From Clostridiales bacterium (GTDB lineage Bacteria > Bacillota > Clostridia > Christensenellales > UBA1242), in the NCBI GenBank assembly GCA_003524095.1, contig DOEE01000003.1, positions 258,148 through 322,147 of the forward strand: a DNA stretch of 64,000 nucleotides. Reading direction: 5' to 3'. Positions 52,364-64,000 of this stretch are shown piece after piece. Position 1 is the stretch's first letter. Each line of letters opens with the position of its first letter. The position numbers were made by a program, and so were the translations under genes. Under the pieces are notes generated by a model. That model worked only from the letters and a program-made list of their open reading frames with translations. It made no database searches and had not been told where the DNA came from.

Positions 52364-55300
52364 ATGTTAAATACTGATAATATCAAAAAGATTAAGTATG
52401 GCAATAATATCCGTTATACTTTTGGCAAAACTAAAGAAGCAGATATGCCTTACTTGTTAGAAATCCAAAAAGATTCCTATCAAAAGTTTATCAAAGAAGG
52501 AATAGGCGAAGCCTTGAAAGAATTTTCACCTATCACAGACTATGCTGGAAAAGCAGAAGTCTATTTTTTGGACTATGTCATTGATGAACATCCAAAACTA
52601 TCTAAGGCAGAAACCAAAAGAAAGGGCGGGCATTATAGTGTTCCTTTGAGAGTTAAGGTTAGACTTGTTATCAAAGAAACTGGCGAAGCTATTGAACAAG
52701 AAGTTTATTTGGGTGATATTCCTTATATGACCGAAGCAGGTACTTTTATATTCAACGGAATTGAAAGAGTAATTGTTTCTCAAATCGTTAGAAGCCCAAG
52801 TGTATACTTTTCAAAAAAACTAGACAAAACCGGTAGAGAAATCTTTGCTAGTACTCTTAATCCAAAACGTGGTAGTTGGTTGGAAATTGAACAAAAAGAA
52901 AAAGAACCTAACCAACTAAAAGTTTGTCTTGATAAGGGTGGCAAAATATCTCTTGGTATCTTCCTTAAGTGTTTTGGACTAACTAGAGAGAACATTCTTG
53001 ATACTTTTGGCGACAATGAGATAATGAAAGCAACTCTTGACAAAGACGCTTATGAAACTCAACACGATGCACTTATTGAACTTTCAAGAAAAACTAGACC
53101 TAGTGAAATTCCTAGTGCCGAAGCTACAAAACAATTTATCTTCTCGCAATTTTTCAGTACACAATTTTATAATATTGGCGATGTTGGTAGATTCAAAGTC
53201 GACAAAAAACTTGCACTATACAACCGTTTGATTGGTTTGACTGCGGGCGAAGATATCAAAGACAAAAAGACTGTAATTGTTCCAGCGGGCGAAGTTATTA
53301 CTAGAGAAAAAGCATACGAAATCCAAAACTTGGGAATTAATAGTGTGTGGGTGCTTGTTGATGGCAAAAAACACAAAATGTATGGCAACAATAGAGTAAA
53401 ACTTAGCGAAGTTATCAAATGTAACGAAAAAGAATTGGGTATCAACCAAATGGTTTATTATCCAGTACTTGCTGATATTTTGAAAGAATACAAGACTAAG
53501 GAAGAAAGAATTGAAGCTATTAGAGCCAATGCTGAAAATCTAGTTGGAAGCACTCTAACTATTGATGATATTTTGGCAACAGTAAGTTACTTCTTAGATT
53601 TGAACGTTGGAATTGGCGAAGTTGATAACATTGACCATCTATGCAACCGTAGAATCAAGGGTGCAGGCGAACTTTTGCAAGACGCATTCAGAAGTGGTAT
53701 GAACAAACTTTCCAATGCTGTCAAAGAAACTTTGCAATCTCATGACTTAAATGATATAAGCCCATCTCAAGTAGTTAATGCTAGACCTATTAATCGTGCA
53801 TTCAAAGATTTTCTAGCTTCTCACCAATTGAGCCAACTTATGGACGAAATGAACCCACTTAGTTCACTTGCTCAAAAACGTAGACTTTCGGCAGTTGGAC
53901 CAGGTGGTATCAAAAAAGACAGAGCAACAGACGAAGTCAGAGATATTCACCATAGTCACTACGGAAGACTTTGTGTTATTGAAACACCAGAAGGTGGAAA
54001 TATCGGTCTTATTAACTCGCTTGCTAGTTTTGCAAGAGTTAATGAATATGGTTTTATTGAAACAGCTTATAGAGTTGTTAACAAAGATAAGGGCGTTGTA
54101 ACAAACGAAGTCGTTTATTTAATGGCTGACGAAGACGAAAATTGTTACATTGCTCAAGCAACTGAACCTTTGAATGTTGATGGTTCTTTTGTAAACAAGA
54201 GAATTATTTGTAGATACAAAGATACAATATTGGAAGTTGACAAGGAAATGGTTGACTATATGGACGTATCTCCAAGACAACTTATATCCGTTCCAACTTC
54301 ACTTATTCCGTTCCTTCAAAACGATGATACTGCTAGAGCATTGATGGGTGCAAACATGCAACGTCAAGCAGTTCCACTAATTACTACCGAAGCGCCAATT
54401 GTTGCAACCGGTATGGAACACAAAATTGCTCTTGATAACTGTGCAATTACAGTTGCTAAAAATAGCGGTACTGTAACATATGTTGATTCAAATCAAGTAA
54501 TTGTTACTCTTGATGACGGAACTGAAGAAAAATACGAATTAACAAAATTCACAAAAACAAACCAAGAAAGTTGTATTAACCAAAAACCTATCGTCAAAAA
54601 GGGTCAAAAAGTTAAGAAAGGTGACACTTTGATTGACGGATATAGTGCTAATGGTGGAGAACTTGCACTTGGTAAAAATATGCTTATTGCCTTCATGAAC
54701 TGGGAAGGTTACAACTACGAAGACGCTATTTTGCTTAGCGAAAGACTTGTCAAAGAAGACGTTTATACTTCTATTACTCTTAAGGAAGAAGAAGTTAAAT
54801 GTAGAACAACAAAACTTGGCGACGAAGAATTTACAAGAGATATTCCAAATCTTGGTGACGATGTTCTCAAAAACTTGGATGAAAACGGTATTATTAGAAT
54901 CGGTGCCGAAGTTAAACCAGGAGACATTCTAGTAGGTAAGGTTACTCCTAAGGGTGAAACCGAACCAACTCCAGAAGAAAGATTGCTTAGGGCTATCTTT
55001 GGTGAAAAGGCTAGAGATGTCAAAGATACTTCACTTAGAGTGCCACATGGAATTAGCGGTGTAGTCGTTGATATTCAAGTATTCTCTCGTAAGAACAAAG
55101 ACGAACTTGAAACTGGTGTTAACCAAATGGTTAGAGTAACTATCGCGCAAAAACGTAAGATTAGTGTTGGTGACAAAATGGCTGGACGTCATGGTAACAA
55201 AGGTATTGTTTCACGTATTCTTCCAGTTGAAGATATGCCATTTATGGCTAATGGTCAACCAATTGATATCGTACTTAACCCTCTAGGTATTCCATCTCGT

Positions 55301-56062
55301 ATGAACGTAGGACAGGTTTTGGAAGTTCACTTGGGACTTGTTGCTAAGGCACTTGGAATTAAGATTGCAACTCCAGTATTTGATGGAGTTAACGAAGCAG
55401 ATATTAGAGAACTTCTCAAAGAAAACAACTTCCCAGAGAACGGAAAAATTCAACTTTATGACGGACGTACTGGAGAGCCATTTGAAAACCCAGTTACAGT
55501 TGGATATATGTACTATATCAAACTTGAACACATGGTTAACGACAAGATGCACGCAAGGTCAACTGGTCCTTATGCTTATGTTACACAACAACCACTTGGT
55601 GGTAAGGCTATGTTTGGTGGTCAGAGATTTGGTGAAATGGAAGTTTGGGCTTTGGAAGCATATGGTGCAACCAAGTTATTACAAGAAATGTTGACCGTTA
55701 AATCTGATGATACCGAAGGAAGACTTGCAACATACAAGGCAATTGTTGAAGGTTTGCCACTTCCAGAACCAGGCATGCCAGAATCGTTCAAGGTTCTTAT
55801 TAGGGAATTGCAAGGTTTGGGTCTTGATGTTCAATTACGTAATGACCAAGGCAAAGAATTCGCACTTGGAGATTTGAATTCGGATACAGTTGAGACATTT
55901 GCTGAAGCTACTAAGCCTAGAGAAGAAGTCAAAGATATTGAACTTGACTTTGATGCTCCAACGCCAGAAACTGCTTTGGAAGAAAATTTGGAAAGCGACG
56001 AAGATTTTGATAATATATTTGATGAGTCAGATTTATTTGATGACTTTGATGAAGAAGAATAA
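52364..56062 (+). CDS. rpoB: DNA-directed RNA polymerase subunit beta
   Basis: 1232 aa with canonical RpoB blocks: [35 protein letters not shown] and [18 protein letters not shown]. It carries an acidic C-terminal extension. Confidence 0.98.
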   Translation: MLNTDNIKKIKYGNNIRYTFGKTKEADMPYLLEIQKDSYQKFIKEGIGEALKEFSPITDYAGKAEVYFLDYVIDEHPKLSKAETKRKGGHYSVPLRVKVRLVIKETGEAIEQEVYLGDIPYMTEAGTFIFNGIERVIVSQIVRSPSVYFSKKLDKTGREIFASTLNPKRGSWLEIEQKEKEPNQLKVCLDKGGKISLGIFLKCFGLTRENILDTFGDNEIMKATLDKDAYETQHDALIELSRKTRPSEIPSAEATKQFIFSQFFSTQFYNIGDVGRFKVDKKLALYNRLIGLTAGEDIKDKKTVIVPAGEVITREKAYEIQNLGINSVWVLVDGKKHKMYGNNRVKLSEVIKCNEKELGINQMVYYPVLADILKEYKTKEERIEAIRANAENLVGSTLTIDDILATVSYFLDLNVGIGEVDNIDHLCNRRIKGAGELLQDAFRSGMNKLSNAVKETLQSHDLNDISPSQVVNARPINRAFKDFLASHQLSQLMDEMNPLSSLAQKRRLSAVGPGGIKKDRATDEVRDIHHSHYGRLCVIETPEGGNIGLINSLASFARVNEYGFIETAYRVVNKDKGVVTNEVVYLMADEDENCYIAQATEPLNVDGSFVNKRIICRYKDTILEVDKEMVDYMDVSPRQLISVPTSLIPFLQNDDTARALMGANMQRQAVPLITTEAPIVATGMEHKIALDNCAITVAKNSGTVTYVDSNQVIVTLDDGTEEKYELTKFTKTNQESCINQKPIVKKGQKVKKGDTLIDGYSANGGELALGKNMLIAFMNWEGYNYEDAILLSERLVKEDVYTSITLKEEEVKCRTTKLGDEEFTRDIPNLGDDVLKNLDENGIIRIGAEVKPGDILVGKVTPKGETEPTPEERLLRAIFGEKARDVKDTSLRVPHGISGVVVDIQVFSRKNKDELETGVNQMVRVTIAQKRKISVGDKMAGRHGNKGIVSRILPVEDMPFMANGQPIDIVLNPLGIPSRMNVGQVLEVHLGLVAKALGIKIATPVFDGVNEADIRELLKENNFPENGKIQLYDGRTGEPFENPVTVGYMYYIKLEHMVNDKMHARSTGPYAYVTQQPLGGKAMFGGQRFGEMEVWALEAYGATKLLQEMLTVKSDDTEGRLATYKAIVEGLPLPEPGMPESFKVLIRELQGLGLDVQLRNDQGKEFALGDLNSDTVETFAEATKPREEVKDIELDFDAPTPETALEENLESDEDFDNIFDESDLFDDFDEEE

Positions 56063-56073
56063 AGGAGAATATA

Positions 56074-59000
56074 ATGTTTGAATTAAATAACCTAGCATCT
56101 ATTAAAATAGGTATTGCATCTCCAGAAAAAATTAGAGAATGGAGTTATGGTGAAGTTACTAAGAGTGAAACTATCAATTATCGTACACACAAGCCTGAAA
56201 CTTCTGGTCTTCTTTGTGAAAGAATCTTTGGACCTAAGAAAAACTGGGAATGTCATTGTGGAAAATACAAAAGAATTCGTCACAAAGGCGTAATTTGTGA
56301 CAAATGTGGTGTCGAAGTAACAAAGAGTAGCGTTAGACGTGAGAGAATGGGGCATATTGAACTTGCTACTCCAGTTGCTCATATTTGGTTCTTGCAAAGC
56401 ATTCCTTCGAGAATTGGTTTGCTTTTGAACCTAAATTCAAGACAACTTGACAAAGTTATCTATTATGTAAGTTATATTGTGCTTGACCCGGGCAAAACAG
56501 GTTTTTCAAAAATGCAAGTTATCTCTGATGCTGAATACAGAGAAGCTGTTGAAAAATATGGCTATGATAGTTTTAGAGCGGGCATGGGTGGCGAAGCAAT
56601 TAGAGAATTGCTAAGCGAAATAGATTTGGAAAAAGAATCTGCCGAACTCAAAGCTCAAATCGCTAAGGCTACCAAGGGTCAAAAGAAAATTAAGTCAAAA
56701 AGACTTGAAGTTATTGAATCATTTAGAAGAAGTGGAAATAGACCAGAATGGATGGTTTTGGATGTAATTCCAGTTATTCCACCAGATATTAGACCTATGA
56801 TTCAACTAGATGGCGGTAGATTTGCCACATCTGATATTAACGACCTTTATCGTAGAATTATAAATCGTAATAATAGACTTAAAAAGTTTATCTCTATCGG
56901 CGCTCCAGAAGTTATCGTTCGTAACGAAAAGAGAATGCTTCAGGAAGCTGTTGATGCTTTGATTGAAAATGGTAAGAAAGGCAAGGCAGTTCAAGGACCA
57001 AAACAAAGAGAACTTAAGTCTTTGACCGCAAGTCTAAAGGGTAAACCTGGTAGATTTAGACAAAACTTGCTTGGAAAACGTGTTGACTATTCTGGTCGTT
57101 CAGTTATTGTCGTTGGACCTGAACTCAAAATGTATCAATGCGGTCTTCCAAAAGAAATGGCTTTGGAACTATTCAAACCATTCATTATGAGAAAACTAGT
57201 TGAGAGAAACTTGTCTCTTAACTTCAAAACTGCCAAAAGAGTAATCGAAAAACAAAAACCAGTAGTTTGGGATTTGCTTGAAGAAGTAATCAAAGACCAC
57301 CCAGTACTACTAAACCGTGCTCCTTCGCTTCATAGACTTTCTATCCAAGCGTTTGAGCCAGTGCTAATTGAAGGTAGAGCAATTAGACTTCATCCACTTG
57401 TTTGTGGTGGATTTAACGCCGACTTCGACGGAGACCAAATGTCTGTTCACGTTCCACTTAGTCCCGAAGCTGTTGCCGAAGCTAGAATATTGATGCTATC
57501 TTCAAATAATATTCTAAAACCAGCTGATAGTCGTCCAATCTGTACTCCTACACAAGATATGGTCTTGGGTTCATACTATTTGACAATCGTCAAAAAAGAT
57601 GCCAAGGGTGCAGGCAAGTACTTCATTTCAGAAGATGAAGCATTGATGGCTTATCAAAACAAAATTATCGAAATTCAATCTCCTATTCAAGTTAGAAAAA
57701 CTGTTATGTTCGAAGGAAAACCAGTTACTCGTAGAATAGAGACTACTGTCGGTAAAATTATATTTAACAAAAATATCCCACAAAACATCGGTTTTGTAGA
57801 TAGAACTAATCCTGATAACATCGGCAAGTACGAAATAGATTTCTTGGTTACTGCTAAGGCTCTTAAGAATATCATTCGTAAATGTTTTGATGCTTTGGGT
57901 ACAACCGAAACAGTTAAAATGCTTGACCACATCAAAGAGATTGGTTACAAGTACTCAACAATCGGTGCAATAACAATCAATGTATTCGATATGGAAATTC
58001 CAAGTGAAAAACAAGAATATATCGATGAAGTTGAAAAACAAGTTGCTGAAAACGAAAAATTCTTTAAACGTGGATTTATTACTGAAAACGAAAAACTAGA
58101 TAGAAATATCAAACTTTGGAAAGATGCAACCAAAAAACTTGAAGGTGTTGTTATCAACAAAATGGACGTACTAAATCCAGTTAGAATGATGGCAGAGTCT
58201 GGTGCGCGTGGTAGTGCAGGACAGGTATTACAACTTTGTGGTATGCGTGGAATCATGGCTAATACATCTGGAAGAAAAGTTGATATTCCAGTTAAATCTA
58301 ACTTCCGTTTGGGACTAACCCCACTTGAATACTTCTTGTCATCTCGTGGTGGTAGAAAAGGTCTTGCAGATAAGGTTTTGAAAACTGCCGACTCTGGTTA
58401 CTTGACTAGACGTCTTGAAGCAGTTGCTCAAGAAGTAATCATTGCTCAAGAAGATTGTTTCAAAGAGAATGGTGAAAAAGTTAAAGGTATGGTTGTTTCA
58501 GCTATTGTCAAAGACGGAACTCCAGTAAGTTCATTGCAACAAAGAATCACTGGTAGATATTCGGTAGACAATGTTATTAATCCAAAAACCAAACAAATTA
58601 TTATTCCAGCAGATACAATGATAACCAAAGAAATGGCTGACAAAGTTGTTGAAGCAGGAATCACAAGTGTATGTATTAGAACGGCTCTTACTTGTAGGTC
58701 AAAACATGGTATTTGTGCAAAATGTTATGGACAAAACATGTCAAATAACAAAGTCGTTCCACTTGGCGAGCCAGTTGGTATTATCGCTGCTCAGTCAATT
58801 GGTGAACCAGGTACACAGCTTACTATGAGAACATTCCACACAGGTGGTGTTGCCAATGCAGCCGATATTACTCAAGGTCTTCCAAGAGTTGCCGAAATCT
58901 TTGAAGCTAGAAAGCCAAAGGGTGTTGCAACAGTTAGTGAAGTTGCCGGAAAAGTAATTCTCAAAGAAATGGCATCACAAAACAAAGATGGTGGAAAATA

Positions 59001-59676
59001 CTACGAAATCGTTGTAAAAAATCCAGACGGTGATGGAAAATATATCATTCCTTATGGTGTTGTACTTAAGGTTAAAAATGGAGATACAGTTGAAGCGGGA
59101 ACAGTTCTTACTGAAGGTTCAATTTATCCAAATGATTTCTTAAGAACTCGTGGTGTAAATGATGTTCAAAACTATCTTCTTAACGAAGTTTTGGCAACAT
59201 ACTCATCTCAAGGTGTTGAACTTAATACAAAACACGTAGAAATTATTATTCGTCAAATGCTACGTAATGTCAAGGTAGAAGACGGTGGTGATACAGATAT
59301 GCTTATTGGTGATATTGTTGACCACTTCAAGTTTGAAGAAGAAAACGACAAAATTATTCAAGAAGGTGGTACACCAGCAACTGCTAAACGTCTTGTTCAA
59401 GGTATTACAAAAGCAGCACTTAGCAATCCTTCATTCCTTGCTGCTGCATCATTCCAAGAAACTTCAAGAGTTCTTACTGATGCGTCTGTTAAGGGTAAAG
59501 TAGATAATCTCGTATCACTCAAAGAAAACTTGATGATAGGTAAACAAATTCCAGCTGGAACTGGCTACGTATCTATCAAAAATCTTGAATACAGAGATAC
59601 AAACGAAGAAGTTAAGGAAATCGCCCAAATGGACGAACAAACTAACAAATTGTTTGAAGAAGAAGATTTTGCTTAA
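56074..59676 (+). CDS. rpoC: DNA-directed RNA polymerase subunit beta prime
   Basis: 1200 aa with the zinc motif [23 protein letters not shown], the catalytic NADFDGDQM and the trigger-loop region. RBS AAGGAG is present. Confidence 0.98.
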   Translation: MFELNNLASIKIGIASPEKIREWSYGEVTKSETINYRTHKPETSGLLCERIFGPKKNWECHCGKYKRIRHKGVICDKCGVEVTKSSVRRERMGHIELATPVAHIWFLQSIPSRIGLLLNLNSRQLDKVIYYVSYIVLDPGKTGFSKMQVISDAEYREAVEKYGYDSFRAGMGGEAIRELLSEIDLEKESAELKAQIAKATKGQKKIKSKRLEVIESFRRSGNRPEWMVLDVIPVIPPDIRPMIQLDGGRFATSDINDLYRRIINRNNRLKKFISIGAPEVIVRNEKRMLQEAVDALIENGKKGKAVQGPKQRELKSLTASLKGKPGRFRQNLLGKRVDYSGRSVIVVGPELKMYQCGLPKEMALELFKPFIMRKLVERNLSLNFKTAKRVIEKQKPVVWDLLEEVIKDHPVLLNRAPSLHRLSIQAFEPVLIEGRAIRLHPLVCGGFNADFDGDQMSVHVPLSPEAVAEARILMLSSNNILKPADSRPICTPTQDMVLGSYYLTIVKKDAKGAGKYFISEDEALMAYQNKIIEIQSPIQVRKTVMFEGKPVTRRIETTVGKIIFNKNIPQNIGFVDRTNPDNIGKYEIDFLVTAKALKNIIRKCFDALGTTETVKMLDHIKEIGYKYSTIGAITINVFDMEIPSEKQEYIDEVEKQVAENEKFFKRGFITENEKLDRNIKLWKDATKKLEGVVINKMDVLNPVRMMAESGARGSAGQVLQLCGMRGIMANTSGRKVDIPVKSNFRLGLTPLEYFLSSRGGRKGLADKVLKTADSGYLTRRLEAVAQEVIIAQEDCFKENGEKVKGMVVSAIVKDGTPVSSLQQRITGRYSVDNVINPKTKQIIIPADTMITKEMADKVVEAGITSVCIRTALTCRSKHGICAKCYGQNMSNNKVVPLGEPVGIIAAQSIGEPGTQLTMRTFHTGGVANAADITQGLPRVAEIFEARKPKGVATVSEVAGKVILKEMASQNKDGGKYYEIVVKNPDGDGKYIIPYGVVLKVKNGDTVEAGTVLTEGSIYPNDFLRTRGVNDVQNYLLNEVLATYSSQGVELNTKHVEIIIRQMLRNVKVEDGGDTDMLIGDIVDHFKFEEENDKIIQEGGTPATAKRLVQGITKAALSNPSFLAAASFQETSRVLTDASVKGKVDNLVSLKENLMIGKQIPAGTGYVSIKNLEYRDTNEEVKEIAQMDEQTNKLFEEEDFA

Positions 59677-59689
59677 AAAACTTAAAATT

Positions 59690-59737
59690 ATTCCTAGTAT
59701 AGCGATTTTTCATAGCATACTAGGAATTTTGTTTTTT
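59690..59737 (+). terminator. rho-independent terminator of rpoBC
   Basis: An 11-bp stem ATTCCTAGTAT/ATACTAGGAAT (59690-59700 with 59717-59727), followed by TTTGTTTTTT. Confidence 0.75.
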
Positions 59738-59791
59738 GGGAAAATATATAGTTATATTTTTATATTTTTCAAAGAAATTTTCGTTTTAGTA

Positions 59792-59820
59792 TTTACAAAT
59801 TTAAATTATTAGTGTATAAT
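59792..59820 (+). promoter_or_regulatory. sigmaA-type promoter upstream of ORF 59942
   Basis: TTTACA (59792-59797), a 17-nt spacer, then TATAAT (59815-59820). Confidence 0.55.
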
Positions 59821-59941
59821 TAGGTTGTAATCAAAATGATGCTGGTGGGCATTGGTGTTGGTGGACACAATTAAATTATTGATTACATAGGGATAAGTTA
59901 ATATTTAATTGGGGGAAAATAAAATTTCAAGGAGAAATGTT

Positions 59942-60238
59942 ATGGACCAAACAATTAATGAAATGGAAAAGTATGTAGACAAATTAAACGAAGTTTATTC
60001 TTCACTAAATAAGGAAGTTAAACCAGTTAGTACTCCAGTTGTGCCTGAAAGCATGAAACTTGCAGGTAGCGGAAATTTGTATGTTGACGAAAACGGTATA
60101 CTCAAATTTCAACCAACTAGGTATGCTAAGTCTATTAAAAAATATTTAAAAGCAAACGGACTTGTCAAAACTCCAGAAAATGCTAGTGAAAATGTAATTA
60201 GCAATCTTATTAACAATAGTTTTGTTCAAGAAGCATAA
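59942..60238 (+). CDS. hypothetical small protein
   Basis: I prefer ATG 59942 because AAGGAG is 7 nt upstream. The ORF-track start at 59909 is a TTG without an RBS. 98 aa; no family recognised. Confidence 0.6.
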   Translation: MDQTINEMEKYVDKLNEVYSSLNKEVKPVSTPVVPESMKLAGSGNLYVDENGILKFQPTRYAKSIKKYLKANGLVKTPENASENVISNLINNSFVQEA

Positions 60239-60380
60239 CATTTAAATCTAACACATTTACATTCAAAGTAAGTGTGTTTTTTGTTTTGATTAATTAGAAT
60301 TTTGTGTTAAATTAACAATGTAAGGCTATAATTTAAATACTATGCAAAATCAATAAAATCTAATATTTAAGGGGATAATT

Positions 60381-61364
60381 ATGTCAAAAGCATGGAAAAT
60401 TACAATATCTATAATTAGTTCTATATTGGGGCTAATACTAATTTTTTTGGGTGTATATTATCTATGGCCATGGAACAAAAAGTTTTTTGAAAACGCAAGT
60501 GTTGAGTTTGAAATTCCCGGTCTTGACACCAAATTTACTCCGCAAGGCTTAACAACTATTGACGGAACTGACAAGTTTTTGGTCGGGGGATATATGTCAG
60601 ACGGTTCTCCTTCAAGATTTTATGTAATTAACGAAGGAAAGGCGGAAAAATACTTTACTCTTACTCAAGACGACCAAGATTACACTGGTCATGCGGGTGG
60701 AATTGTATCTTATGGCAGTACTATTTGGGTAGTTGGCGACAAAAACTGTTTTAGATTTTTCTTGTCAGCAGTAAATTCGTGCGAAAATGAAGCAAAGGTT
60801 GAAATTATTGATAGTTTCAAAGTAAATAATGGTGCTGATTTTGTTTTTACAAATGACGGATATCTGTATATAGGCGAATTCTATAGAGCGGGAAAATACG
60901 AAACAAGTTCGACACATTTTTTGAAAACCCGTAGCGGGGAAACAAATCCAGCACTTGTTTTTGGATATAAGATTAACGAAGGAAAATCTTTGGGGCTAGA
61001 CGAAAAGACTCCGTCAAGAGCATTGTCTATTAGGGGACTTGTTCAAGGAATGGCTGTGTCTAACGGAAAAATTCTTATGTCTTGTTCGTATGGACTTGCT
61101 GATTCGGCATTATATGTATACAAAGATGTATTCAGTGAAGCACCACACAATCCAAACTTTGCAATCGGAAATCACACAATCAAACTATGGTACTTGGATG
61201 ATGAGTCGCTAACTAATACAATAAATGTTCCTTCTATGTCCGAAGAGATTGCTATTAAGAATAATAGGGTGTATATATTGTTTGAATCTGCCGGCAAAAA
61301 GTACAAAATTTTTAATAGAAAACAACTAAAAAATGTTTATAGTCTATCTCTTGATAACCTTTAA
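60381..61364 (+). CDS. hypothetical membrane-anchored extracytoplasmic protein
   Basis: 327 aa with RBS AAGGGG, an N-terminal TM helix and a beta-rich domain. No family recognised. Confidence 0.65.
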   Translation: MSKAWKITISIISSILGLILIFLGVYYLWPWNKKFFENASVEFEIPGLDTKFTPQGLTTIDGTDKFLVGGYMSDGSPSRFYVINEGKAEKYFTLTQDDQDYTGHAGGIVSYGSTIWVVGDKNCFRFFLSAVNSCENEAKVEIIDSFKVNNGADFVFTNDGYLYIGEFYRAGKYETSSTHFLKTRSGETNPALVFGYKINEGKSLGLDEKTPSRALSIRGLVQGMAVSNGKILMSCSYGLADSALYVYKDVFSEAPHNPNFAIGNHTIKLWYLDDESLTNTINVPSMSEEIAIKNNRVYILFESAGKKYKIFNRKQLKNVYSLSLDNL

Positions 61365-61440
61365 TACTGTGGTTTTAAATAAAAAGCTAGATTTTATCAT
61401 GTAAATTAGCCTAAAAGTACAAAAAACACGGGCAAAAAAT

Positions 61441-61469
61441 TTTACAACAAAGATTTTTTATGCTAAAAT
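61441..61469 (+). promoter_or_regulatory. sigmaA-type promoter of HicB-like gene
   Basis: TTTACA (61441-61446), a 17-nt spacer, then TGCTAAAAT (hexamer at 61464-61469). Confidence 0.5.
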
Positions 61470-61500
61470 TAAATAAAGTTATACTAAAAAGAGTGTGTGT

Positions 61501-61779
61501 ATGAAAAAATTTACTTATCCAGCGGTACTATTTTATGACGATGAAGAAAAGTGTTATATCATCGCCATGTTTGATATTGGGCTTGTAACCAGTGGTGAAA
61601 CTGTTGAGCAAGCGCATAATAATGCAAGGGAAATGCTTGATGCGTATTTGGAATGTGCATATGCTTTTGAAACAGATATTCCAGAACCAAGTAGTTTTGA
61701 TATTGTTTGCAAAACTCATCCAAAGGAAATGTGCGTTTTGGTTGAGAGTACTCTTAATGACAAAAACAAAGCAGTCTAA
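61501..61779 (+). CDS. HicB-like antitoxin family protein (UPF0150/HicB N-terminal fold), no adjacent HicA
   Basis: MKKFTYPAVLFYDDEEKCYIIAMFDIGLVTSGETVEQAHNNAREMLDAYLE...IPEPSS follows the HicB-like pattern as I recall it (YPA.f..d.dG.y.v.fPDl.g..t.G.t.eEA...A.eaL.l.l......IP.Ps). Confidence 0.55.
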   Translation: MKKFTYPAVLFYDDEEKCYIIAMFDIGLVTSGETVEQAHNNAREMLDAYLECAYAFETDIPEPSSFDIVCKTHPKEMCVLVESTLNDKNKAV

Positions 61780-61883
61780 ACTAAATATTTGATGAAATAA
61801 TACTTATTTGATTGGTTTTTTCAAATTACAAAATAATTTGAAATTATCAGCCGAATAAGTATTTTTTGTGGTACTATGCAATC

Positions 61884-61912
61884 TTGACTTTTTGGCTAAA
61901 ATATGGTATAAT
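61884..61912 (+). promoter_or_regulatory. near-consensus sigmaA promoter with no annotated gene downstream
   Basis: TTGACT (61884-61889), a 17-nt spacer, then TGGTATAAT (extended -10; hexamer at 61907-61912). Confidence 0.55.
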
Positions 61913-62202
61913 CAAAAAAGTTTAGTGGGAGTACTATATGAATAGAGAAATTTATTCAAAAATTGAAAATAAATGTTGACAAAAAGTTTAATGTAAACAA
62001 CCAAATTTTGAAATCATTGCAAAATTAACGCCACAAAAATCCAAAAATTAGATGCGGAAGTATCAAGGCTTTTGAGTAAAATTAAAAACATACAAAATAT
62101 ATAATTACAAATTAAAAATTTATTTGTGATTGTTCAAAAAAAATCGCAAAAAAACTAGAAGAAATCCCAATTCAACAAAAATGAAAAATATTCCAAAAAA
62201 TG

Positions 62203-62231
62203 TTGACATTGGGTTTTTTATTTGATAAACT
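62203..62231 (+). promoter_or_regulatory. sigmaA promoter of rpsL-rpsG-fusA
   Basis: TTGACA (62203-62208), a 17-nt spacer, then TGATAAACT (hexamer at 62226-62231). The leader is about 185 nt and includes the stem CTCCAC/GTGGAG around 62322-62356. Confidence 0.55.
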
Positions 62232-62420
62232 AAATAGCGTATTATAGTATACTAAACGGATTATGTTCGTTTGGTAATTTTTGAGTGACCGACTCTGGTG
62301 TGATTTTGGTAACTTGAAAATATCTCCACGCTACAATACATTGTGCTACTGTGGAGAATAACTTTAGGTAAATTGGATATGGTTGAATCTAAATTTGCCA
62401 AAACTATTTAGGAGGATAAA

Positions 62421-62792
62421 ATGCCAACAATTTCGCAATTAGTTAAACAAGGCAGAAAGCAAGTTGCTGTTAAATCCAAAACTCCAATAATGGACGAAAA
62501 CCCACAAAAAAGAGGGGTTTGTTTGAGTGTTACTACTACATCTCCAAAGAAACCAAACTCAGCACTTAGAAAAATTTGTAGGGTTAAACTATCTAACGGT
62601 CAAGAAGGTACTGTTTATATTCCTGGTGAAGGCCACAACCTACAAGAACACAGCATTGTTCTTATCCGTGGTGGAAGAGTAAGAGATTTGCCAGGTGTAC
62701 GTTATCACGTAATCAGAGGTACTCTTGATACTGCCGGAGTTGCAAAGAGAAAACAAGCACGTAGTAAATATGGTGCAAAAAAAGGTAAATAA
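62421..62792 (+). CDS. rpsL: 30S ribosomal protein S12
   Basis: 123 aa: [13 protein letters not shown]...[24 protein letters not shown]...[14 protein letters not shown]. Confidence 0.97.
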   Translation: MPTISQLVKQGRKQVAVKSKTPIMDENPQKRGVCLSVTTTSPKKPNSALRKICRVKLSNGQEGTVYIPGEGHNLQEHSIVLIRGGRVRDLPGVRYHVIRGTLDTAGVAKRKQARSKYGAKKGK

Positions 62793-62843
62793 TTAACTAG
62801 TGTTATGCTAGAAAACTTAAAAAATTAAACAAGGAGAAAAATT

Positions 62844-63314
62844 ATGCCAAGAAGAAGTGGTGTACGCAAAAGAGACGTATTGCCTGATTTTGTCTATAAT
62901 AATAAGGTTGTAACAAAACTTATCAACCAAGTTATGCTTGATGGCAAAAAGGCTATCGCCGAAGGAATTGTGTACGGTGCATTTGATATAATCAAAGATA
63001 AACTAAGCGTTGAACCAGATAAGTACTTTATGCAAGCACTAGAAAATGTTAAACCATTACTAGAAACAAAGGCTAGACGTGTTGGTGGTAGCAACTACCA
63101 AGTACCTATCGAAATCAGCCCTGCTAGACAACAAACTCTAGCTATTAGATGGTTGGTTACATACGCAAGAAAAAGAAACGAAAAGAGCATGGAAGAAAAA
63201 CTTGCAAGCGAAATCATGGATGCTTACAACAGTACTGGTGGTGCATTCAAAAAGAAAGACGATACTCACAAAATGGCAGAAAGCAACAAGGCTTTTGCAC
63301 ATTATCGTTGGTAA
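62844..63314 (+). CDS. rpsG: 30S ribosomal protein S7
   Basis: 156 aa: [15 protein letters not shown]...[27 protein letters not shown]...AHYRW. Confidence 0.97.
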   Translation: MPRRSGVRKRDVLPDFVYNNKVVTKLINQVMLDGKKAIAEGIVYGAFDIIKDKLSVEPDKYFMQALENVKPLLETKARRVGGSNYQVPIEISPARQQTLAIRWLVTYARKRNEKSMEEKLASEIMDAYNSTGGAFKKKDDTHKMAESNKAFAHYRW

Positions 63315-63332
63315 TTTAAGGAGAATTAATTT

Positions 63333-64000
63333 ATGCCTAGAAAGACTCCCTTAAGCGAATTAAGAAACGTAGGTATTATGGCGCACATTGATGCGGGTAA
63401 AACTACTACTACAGAAAGAATTTTGTTCTTTACTGGAAAAACTCATAAGATTGGTGAAGTTCACGAAGGTGAAGCTACTATGGACTGGATGGCTCAAGAA
63501 CAAGAAAGAGGTATCACAATCACTAGTGCTGCTACAACTTGTATGTGGAAAAATCACCAAATCAATATCATAGACACTCCGGGACACGTTGACTTTACAG
63601 TTGAAGTTAACAGAAGTTTGAAAGTTTTGGACGGTGCTGTTGCTGTATTTAGTGCAAGAGCAGGTGTTGAAGCCCAAAGTGAAACAAACTGGCGTCTTGC
63701 TGACAAATATAACGTTCCTAGAATGGCTTATGTTAACAAAATGGATATTAACGATGCTAACTTTGAAAAAGTTATTGATAGTATGAGAAACAGACTCAAA
63801 GCCAATGCTGTTGCTATCCAATTGCCAATTGGCGAAGCAGATGAATTCAGAGGAATTATTGACTTAGTTGAAATGAATGCTACTTTCTATGAAGATGAAA
63901 CTGGCACAAAGACTAGAGTAGAAGAAATTCCTGCCGAATACAGAGACAAAGCTAACAAATTTAGAGCAGAACTTGTAGAAATTGCTGCTGAACAAGATGA
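63333..64000 (+). CDS. fusA: elongation factor G (N-terminal part; continues past window end)
   Basis: ATG 63333 follows AAGGAG. My translation is [70 protein letters not shown]..., containing the G1 and G2 motifs of EF-G. No stop occurs in the window, so it is absent from the ORF track. Confidence 0.93.
   Translation, partial: MPRKTPLSELRNVGIMAHIDAGKTTTTERILFFTGKTHKIGEVHEGEATMDWMAQEQERGITITSAATTCMWKNHQINIIDTPGHVDFTVEVNRSLKVLDGAVAVFSARAGVEAQSETNWRLADKYNVPRMAYVNKMDINDANFEKVIDSMRNRLKANAVAIQLPIGEADEFRGIIDLVEMNATFYEDETGTKTRVEEIPAEYRDKANKFRAELVEIAAEQD

Noticed and set aside
52364-59812. Overlapping or antisense ORFs within rpoB and rpoC (for example 55338..55694, 57945..58256, 59585..59812)
   Set aside because: They are nested in highly conserved housekeeping genes, or they span the rpoC stop plus terminator. 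These are shadow ORFs.
63360-63821. Minus-strand 153-aa ORF
   Set aside because: It is antisense to the clearly recognisable EF-G N-terminal GTPase domain.
1-64000. Alternative genetic code (TGA read as Trp, as in Mollicutes), given the low GC
   Set aside because: Several well-supported genes end in TGA, for example 8524..8880. Trp in conserved proteins (RpoB, RpoC, S7) is encoded by TGG. No conserved gene is interrupted by an in-frame TGA.

Overview
This is an AT-rich chromosomal segment, roughly one-third GC by eye. It uses the standard code, since TGA ends ORFs. The source looks like an endospore-lineage Bacillota-like bacterium, based on a yabP-yabQ-divIC cluster, a SpoIIQ-like M23 peptidase and spoIIID.

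Left 10 kb:
- A 5'-partial gene for a membrane-anchored protein.
- Three single tRNA genes (Glu-UUC, Met-CAU, initiator-like CAU), each with its own sigmaA-type promoter and terminator. They are interleaved with small membrane-protein genes, including a tandem triplet of paralogs.
- The sporulation and division genes, acpP and a few membrane or envelope genes.

Centre, 41 of 64 kb: two head-to-tail giant ORFs of 5134 and 8565 codons. Both start with lipoprotein-type signal peptides. Both are built from Ig-like arrays alternating with long GLUG-type (GGLVG) repeat arrays. They are transcribed separately and sit between spoIIID and rpoB.

Right 12 kb: rpoB-rpoC, a three-gene islet containing an orphan HicB-like antitoxin, then rpsL-rpsG-fusA (3'-partial).

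Most unusual small-scale signal: GC-rich structured segments lie next to the tRNA genes. Two of them are inverted partial copies of the neighbouring tRNA 3' half. Each is interrupted at the same T-loop position by a two-hairpin insertion of 33-36 nt whose stems covary.

I saw no rRNA, CRISPR array, transposase or integrase.
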